Under the pieces are notes generated by a model. The model saw nothing but the letters and a program-made list of their open reading frames with translations. It ran no database searches and was not told the DNA's origin. 32,000 nucleotides of DNA from Xanthomonas campestris pv. campestris str. ATCC 33913 (lineage in GTDB: Bacteria > Pseudomonadota > Gammaproteobacteria > Xanthomonadales > Xanthomonadaceae): contig NC_003902.1 in NCBI RefSeq assembly GCF_000007145.1, positions 907,436 through 939,435 on the forward strand, given 5' to 3'. The position numbers were made by a program, and so were the translations under genes. This document shows positions 27,315 to 32,000 of the stretch, one piece after another. Position 1 is the stretch's first letter. Each line of letters begins with the position of its first letter.

Positions 27315-29798
27315 TTACTGCGTACGTAAGGCCAACGCCGGTGGCGTAGACAAAATGCGCCGCGTCCCGGACCAACCGGCGAGCAGGCTCAGCGCCAGGC
27401 CGAACGCGCCGCCAATCAGCAGGCGTGGCCAATCCGGAGTCAGCGCGATCTCGAACGCCTGCTGCCCGACCACTGCACCGATCACCGCTGCGGCCGTGAC
27501 TGCCAACAGCGCCGCCAGCAGGCCCAACGCACCGAATTCCACCAGCACCGCACCACGCAACTGGCCGCGCCGTGCGCCCAGTGTGCGCAGCACGGCGCTG
27601 TCGTAACGGCGTTCGCCTGCGGTGGCCTGCAATGCCGCCAGCAGCACCAGCACGCCGGCCAGCAGGCTGAAGCCCATCACCAACTGCACCGCCTGCGCCA
27701 CCTGATCAATCACCTCGCGCACCCGGCCCAGGATGGCGTCGATATCCAGCACCGAGATGTTCGGGTAATCGCGGCTGAGCGTGGCCAGCTTGGGCGCGTT
27801 GCCCGGCGGCAGGTGGAAGCTGGAAATCAGGTTGTATGGCGCATCGCCCACGGCGCCCTGGTTGAGTAGCAGGAAGAAATTGACCCGGAACGAATCCCAA
27901 TCGGCCTTGCGGATGCTGGTCACGGTGAAGCTGCGCTGTTGTTCGCCCAGCAACAAGGTGATGCGGTCGCCCAGCTTGAGTTGGTAGCGCTGCGCCCAGC
28001 CTTCTTCCACCGAGGCTTCCGGCGCCGTGCTGTCGGCACTCCAGAATTTCCCCTGCAATAGCGTGTTTGCCGGCGGAAAGGCATACCGCCAGGAGAAGTT
28101 CACCGGGCGGTTGTCGCCGTCGCCATCGTCCTGCGGATCGCGATCGCCGCGCAGCGGTGGCTTGTCGTTGATCGCCACCAGCCGCCCGGTCGAAAACGGC
28201 TCCACCGCTGCACCTTCCACGCCAAGGCTGCGCAAGGTTTGCAGCACCGGTTCGGTCTGTTCGGGCTGGATGTTCATCAGGAAGTAGTTGGGCGTGTCCA
28301 CCGGCAGGCGGTCGCGCCATTGCCCGAGCAGGCCGGGGCCGACGACGGCCAGCAGCAACAGCGCGCACAACGACAGCGAAAGCCCCACCAGCTGCACCAC
28401 GCTCAGCCCACGGCGCCGGGTCAGCGAGGCCAGGCCCAGCTTCCAGGCGCCGCGCAGGCGGTGCTGGATCGGCCGTAGCGCCGCCAGCAGGCCCAGGCCG
28501 AGCAGCATCGCCACCACGGCCAGTGCCGCCAATCCGCCCAACACCCAGCCGGCCAGCACCAGGTTGCCGGTGGCATAGACGGTCAGCGCCAGGGTCGCCG
28601 CCAACGCAGCGGCGTAGACCAGCAAGGAGCTCGGCGGCACCGCGGCAAAGCTGCGGTTGAGCACGCGCATCGGCGGCACATTGCGCAGCCGCAACAGCGG
28701 CGGCAGCCCGAAGCCCAGTAGCAGCACCAAACCGATGCCGGCGCCCGCCAGGGCCGGGGTGGCCTGTGGCAGTGGCAGCCGGTTCGGGATCAGGCTACCC
28801 AGTGCCTGCACCAGGCCTTCCTGCGCCAGCATGCCCAGGCCGATGCCGACCAGGCAGGCGGGGATCGCGGTCAACAGCAACTGCAGCGACAGCATCGCCA
28901 GGATGTCGCGCTGGCGCGCACCCAGGCAGCGCAGCACGGCCACGGTGTCGATGCGGCGCATCGCAAACCGGTTCGCTGCCAGCGCGGTTGCCACGCCCGA
29001 CAGCAACACCGCCAGCAACGCCGACAGGGCCAGGAAACGGCCTGCCCGGTCGAACGCGGCGCGCATGCCGCGCTGGGTGTCTTCGATGCCCACCAGCCGG
29101 TATTCGCTGGCGCGCGGCTTGAGCCAGGCGCGCAGGTCGGCAATGGCTTGCGGCGTACCGGCGAACATCAACCGGTAGGAGGCGCGGCTGCCCGGGCCGA
29201 GCAGTCCGGCGCGATCGATATCTGCGCGGTTGACCAGCAACGGCGGCGACAGCTGCATCAGCTCGCCGGAGGCATCGGGTTCGGCACGCAACACGCCGGT
29301 GATGGTGAGATGGCCGGCGCCGAATTCCAGCTGTTCGCCAACGCGCAGGCCCAGCGCGTCGAGCAGGCGTGGATCGGCATAGGCCTGGCCCGGCGGCGGT
29401 GCCGAAGATGCCTGCGCTTGCGTGCCGGCCGCGTCCTTGGATACCAGCAGCTCGCCGCGCAGGGGATACCCGGCGCCGACGCCGCGAATGTTGGCCATCT
29501 GGCTGGATTCGCCATGGAACAACACGCTGGGGAAACTGACCAGGCGGGTGGTCTGCAGCCCGCGCCGCTGCGCTTCGTCGGCAAAGGAGGCGGGAATCTC
29601 CTGGCGCCCGGTGACGCCCAGGTCGCCGCCCAGCACCTCGGCCGCGCTGGATGTCAGCGCCAGGGTGACGCGGTCCACCAACGTGCCCACGGCAGTCATC
29701 ACCGCCACGCCCAGCACCAGCGCGGCAAAGACGGTCAGCAGGTCGCCGGCCAGGAACTCGCGGCGCACCGCACGTGCGGCCTGTTTGAGGACGTTCAT
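27315..29798 (-). CDS. FtsX-like ABC transporter permease, YbbP-like (two FtsX domains)
   Basis: 827-aa ORF with about 10 TM segments in two blocks separated by large periplasmic loops. Its ATG overlaps the upstream ATPase stop (ATGA). The synteny with ybbA and a divergent tesA matches the E. coli tesA-ybbA-ybbP arrangement. Confidence 0.88.
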   Translation of the reverse strand: MNVLKQAARAVRREFLAGDLLTVFAALVLGVAVMTAVGTLVDRVTLALTSSAAEVLGGDLGVTGRQEIPASFADEAQRRGLQTTRLVSFPSVLFHGESSQMANIRGVGAGYPLRGELLVSKDAAGTQAQASSAPPPGQAYADPRLLDALGLRVGEQLEFGAGHLTITGVLRAEPDASGELMQLSPPLLVNRADIDRAGLLGPGSRASYRLMFAGTPQAIADLRAWLKPRASEYRLVGIEDTQRGMRAAFDRAGRFLALSALLAVLLSGVATALAANRFAMRRIDTVAVLRCLGARQRDILAMLSLQLLLTAIPACLVGIGLGMLAQEGLVQALGSLIPNRLPLPQATPALAGAGIGLVLLLGFGLPPLLRLRNVPPMRVLNRSFAAVPPSSLLVYAAALAATLALTVYATGNLVLAGWVLGGLAALAVVAMLLGLGLLAALRPIQHRLRGAWKLGLASLTRRRGLSVVQLVGLSLSLCALLLLAVVGPGLLGQWRDRLPVDTPNYFLMNIQPEQTEPVLQTLRSLGVEGAAVEPFSTGRLVAINDKPPLRGDRDPQDDGDGDNRPVNFSWRYAFPPANTLLQGKFWSADSTAPEASVEEGWAQRYQLKLGDRITLLLGEQQRSFTVTSIRKADWDSFRVNFFLLLNQGAVGDAPYNLISSFHLPPGNAPKLATLSRDYPNISVLDIDAILGRVREVIDQVAQAVQLVMGFSLLAGVLVLLAALQATAGERRYDSAVLRTLGARRGQLRGAVLVEFGALGLLAALLAVTAAAVIGAVVGQQAFEIALTPDWPRLLIGGAFGLALSLLAGWSGTRRILSTPPALALRTQ

Positions 29799-30499
29799 GC
29801 CGCCGCGCCGGGCTGCTGTGCGTGCAGGCGCCCGCCATCGATGCGGTAGATATGGCGGCAGCGCTGCGCCAGGGTCATGTCGTGGGTGACCAGCACCAGC
29901 GTGGTCTCGCTGGTGGCATTGAGCGCGAACAGCAGGTCGCTGATCTGCGCGCCGGTGGCCTGGTCCAGGCTGCCGGTGGGCTCATCGGCAAACAGAATGC
30001 GCGGCTTGGCCACGAACGCGCGCGCCAGTGCCACGCGTTGCTGCTCGCCGCCGGAGAGCTGGCGTGGGTAATGCCGCGCACGCGCGCTCAGGCCAACCGC
30101 CTGCAGCACCTCGCGCACCCGCGCCGGATCTTCGCGCCCGGCCAGTTCCAGCGGCAGCGCGATGTTTTCTTCGGCCGTCAGCGCTGGCAGCAGGTGGAAG
30201 CTCTGGAACACGAAGCCCACCTCGCGGGCGCGCAGGGCCGCGCGTGCTTCCTCATCGAGCTGGCCCAGGTCCTGCCCGGCCAGCGCGATGCTGCCGCGGC
30301 TGGGCAGGTCCAGCCCGGCGAGCAGGCCGAGCAGGGTGGTCTTGCCTGACCCCGAGGCGCCGACGATGGCGATACTGTCGCCTTCACTGACCGTCAAGCT
30401 GATGTTGTCGAGGATGTGGAGTGTTCCCTCCGGTCCGCTGACGGACTTGCCGACCTCGCGGACGTCGATGGCGGTGCGGGTGCTGGAGTGGGGGGCCAG
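29795..30499 (-). CDS. ABC transporter ATP-binding protein, YbbA-like (start codon uncertain)
   Basis: Walker A GASGSGKTT, signature LSGGEQQRVALARAF, and Walker B ILFADEPTGSLD. There is no in-frame ATG, GTG or TTG between the ABC domain and the divergent tesA start. I placed the 5' end provisionally at the CTG at 30499; an in-frame ATT lies at 30523. Confidence 0.8.
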   Translation of the reverse strand: MAPHSSTRTAIDVREVGKSVSGPEGTLHILDNISLTVSEGDSIAIVGASGSGKTTLLGLLAGLDLPSRGSIALAGQDLGQLDEEARAALRAREVGFVFQSFHLLPALTAEENIALPLELAGREDPARVREVLQAVGLSARARHYPRQLSGGEQQRVALARAFVAKPRILFADEPTGSLDQATGAQISDLLFALNATSETTLVLVTHDMTLAQRCRHIYRIDGGRLHAQQPGAAA

Positions 30500-30521
30500 A
30501 CTGTCGATGAGGAATCTCCGA

Positions 30522-31175
30522 ATGCGTGAAAGAACACTGCGGTACAGCGTGATGAGCCTGTGGCTGCTGACACTCTCCCTGCTTGCGCCGGGGATTGCCT
30601 CTGCCAAAAGTCCGGCCACTGCCGCGCCGATCCTGGTAGTGGGCGACAGCCTGAGCGCCGCGCACAACATCCCGGTGCAGTCCGGCTGGGTCACCCTGCT
30701 GGACCAGCGCCTGAAGCGTGACATGGCGACGCCACCGCCGGTCGTCAATGCCAGCATCAGCGGCGAAACCACCTCCGGCGCCTTGACCCGGCTGCCTGGG
30801 CTGCTGCAAAAGCACCGCCCCGGCGTGGTCGTCATCGAGCTGGGTGGCAACGATGCCTTGCGTGGCCTCACGCCGGCCCAGCTCAAGGGCAACCTGGAGA
30901 AGATGATCCAGTTCAGCCGTCAGGCGGGCGCGAAGGTCTTGCTGCTGGGCATCGATGTGCCGCCCAACTATGGCCCGGCCTATCGCGAGCGGCTGAAGGC
31001 GACCTATGCCGACCTCTCCAAGCAATACCAGACCGCGCTGGTGCCGTTCTTTCTCGAGAAGGTCGCCCTGCAGCCGGGCCTGATGCAGGCCGACGGCCTG
31101 CACCCCACCGCCGCCGCACAGCCCAAGGTGCTGGAAACGGTCTGGCCAGCACTGCAGCCGCTGCTCAAACCCTGA
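30522..31175 (+). CDS. tesA: SGNH/GDSL arylesterase, acyl-CoA thioesterase I / lysophospholipase L1
   Basis: ATG 30522 has GAGGA 10 nt upstream. The signal peptide is ...LLTLSLLAPGIASA. Block I VVGDSLSA, block III ELGGNDALRG and block V DGLHP are present. It is divergent from the ybbA-like gene, as in E. coli. Confidence 0.9.
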   Translation: MRERTLRYSVMSLWLLTLSLLAPGIASAKSPATAAPILVVGDSLSAAHNIPVQSGWVTLLDQRLKRDMATPPPVVNASISGETTSGALTRLPGLLQKHRPGVVVIELGGNDALRGLTPAQLKGNLEKMIQFSRQAGAKVLLLGIDVPPNYGPAYRERLKATYADLSKQYQTALVPFFLEKVALQPGLMQADGLHPTAAAQPKVLETVWPALQPLLKP

Positions 31176-31274
31176 GTAAGCGGCCTCGAGCGACCCGAAT
31201 CCGACGCGAAGTCTTCACGCCATTTCCACCGCCAATCCGGCATGTTTCACAAAGCTGAAGACCGAGGAAAGTCC

Positions 31275-31988
31275 ATGCGTCAGACCAAGGAAACGTCCGG
31301 CCTCGTGCTGGTCGTCGAAGACAATCGCAATATCTCAGAAATGATCGGCGAGTACCTGGAAGGCCGCGGCTTCGAGGTCGACTATGCCGTGGACGGACTG
31401 GACGGCTACCGTCTGGCCGCCGAAAACAGCTATGACGTGGTGGTGCTGGACCTCATGCTGCCGCGGCTGGACGGTATCGAAGTCTGCCGCCGCCTGCGTA
31501 ACGACGCACGCAAGTCGACCCCGGTGCTGATGCTGACCGCACGCGACACGTTGGACGACAAGCTCACCGGTCTGGGCTTCGGCGCCGACGACTACCTGAC
31601 CAAGCCGTTCGCGATCCAGGAACTGGAAGCACGCCTGCGTGCCCTGATCCGTCGTGAGCGCCGCCAGGTGGGTTCGGAAGTGCTCAAGGTCGCCGACCTG
31701 GTGCTGGATCCGGTGAGCATGCGCGCCACCCGCGCCGGCACCGAGCTGCAGCTGTCGCCGATCGGTCTGCGCCTGCGGACCATCCTGATGCGCGAATCGC
31801 CGCGTGTGGTGACGCGTCAGGAAATCGAACGCGAGATCTGGGGCAACGGCCTGCCGGACTCGGACACCTTGCGCAGCCATCTGTACAACCTGCGCAAGAT
31901 CATCGACAAGCCGTTCGACCGCCCGCTGCTGCACACCGTGCAGAGCGCCGGCTATCGCATTGCCGACATCGCACAGCCGATGGCCTGA
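31275..31988 (+). CDS. OmpR/PhoB-family two-component response regulator
   Basis: ATG 31275 has GAGGAAA 5 nt upstream. The receiver domain shows LVVEDN, VVVLDLMLPRLDG, LMLTARD and YLTKPF. The winged-helix C-terminus ends VQSAGYRI. The stop TGA overlaps an ATG at 31988 (TGATG), consistent with a coupled sensor kinase gene running off the window. Confidence 0.92.
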   Translation: MRQTKETSGLVLVVEDNRNISEMIGEYLEGRGFEVDYAVDGLDGYRLAAENSYDVVVLDLMLPRLDGIEVCRRLRNDARKSTPVLMLTARDTLDDKLTGLGFGADDYLTKPFAIQELEARLRALIRRERRQVGSEVLKVADLVLDPVSMRATRAGTELQLSPIGLRLRTILMRESPRVVTRQEIEREIWGNGLPDSDTLRSHLYNLRKIIDKPFDRPLLHTVQSAGYRIADIAQPMA

Positions 31989-32000
31989 TGTCGCTGGCCG

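Noticed and set aside
31988-32000. ATG overlapping the response-regulator stop (TGATG), probably the start of the cognate sensor histidine kinase.
   Set aside because: Only 13 nt are inside the window. The context is suggestive, but there is no sequence evidence for the product.

Overview
High-GC (about 65%) chromosomal segment. Its gene content and repeat families look like core genome of a Xanthomonas-type gammaproteobacterium; this rests on motif recognition only, with no database search. I support 23 protein-coding genes. In order they are: a lipoprotein alpha/beta-hydrolase; an OmpA-domain lipoprotein with internal repeats; a TonB-dependent receptor (TBDR) followed by a histidine-acid-phosphatase (phytase-like) gene; metK; a DUF457-type membrane hydrolase; dusB; a nupC-like nucleoside transporter plus ribokinase; an aldo/keto reductase; a Fur-box-preceded hemP, heme TBDR and two unknown proteins; a small DUF486/DMT membrane protein; a tauD-like dioxygenase plus three-component sulfonate/taurine-type ABC importer; the conserved tesA <-> ybbA-ybbP arrangement; and an OmpR-family response regulator. 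I saw no rRNA, tRNA, CRISPR, transposase or phage genes. The best candidate for unexplained biology is the heme locus (18.2-22.4 kb). It lacks any canonical periplasmic-binding-protein/ABC/heme-oxygenase genes and instead carries two uncharacterised proteins, one cytoplasmic-looking and one secreted. Other notable structure: a roughly 218-bp tandem triplication that copies the 3' ends of two convergent genes plus a REP hairpin; two compound heptanucleotide VNTRs and one hexanucleotide repeat, all in 5' regions; a roughly 960-bp non-coding gap packed with REP-like palindromes and a small coding-like ORF; and an ABC ATPase gene with no canonical start codon, abutting tesA. Many long ORFs in the six-frame track are antisense shadow ORFs caused by the high GC content and are not reported.
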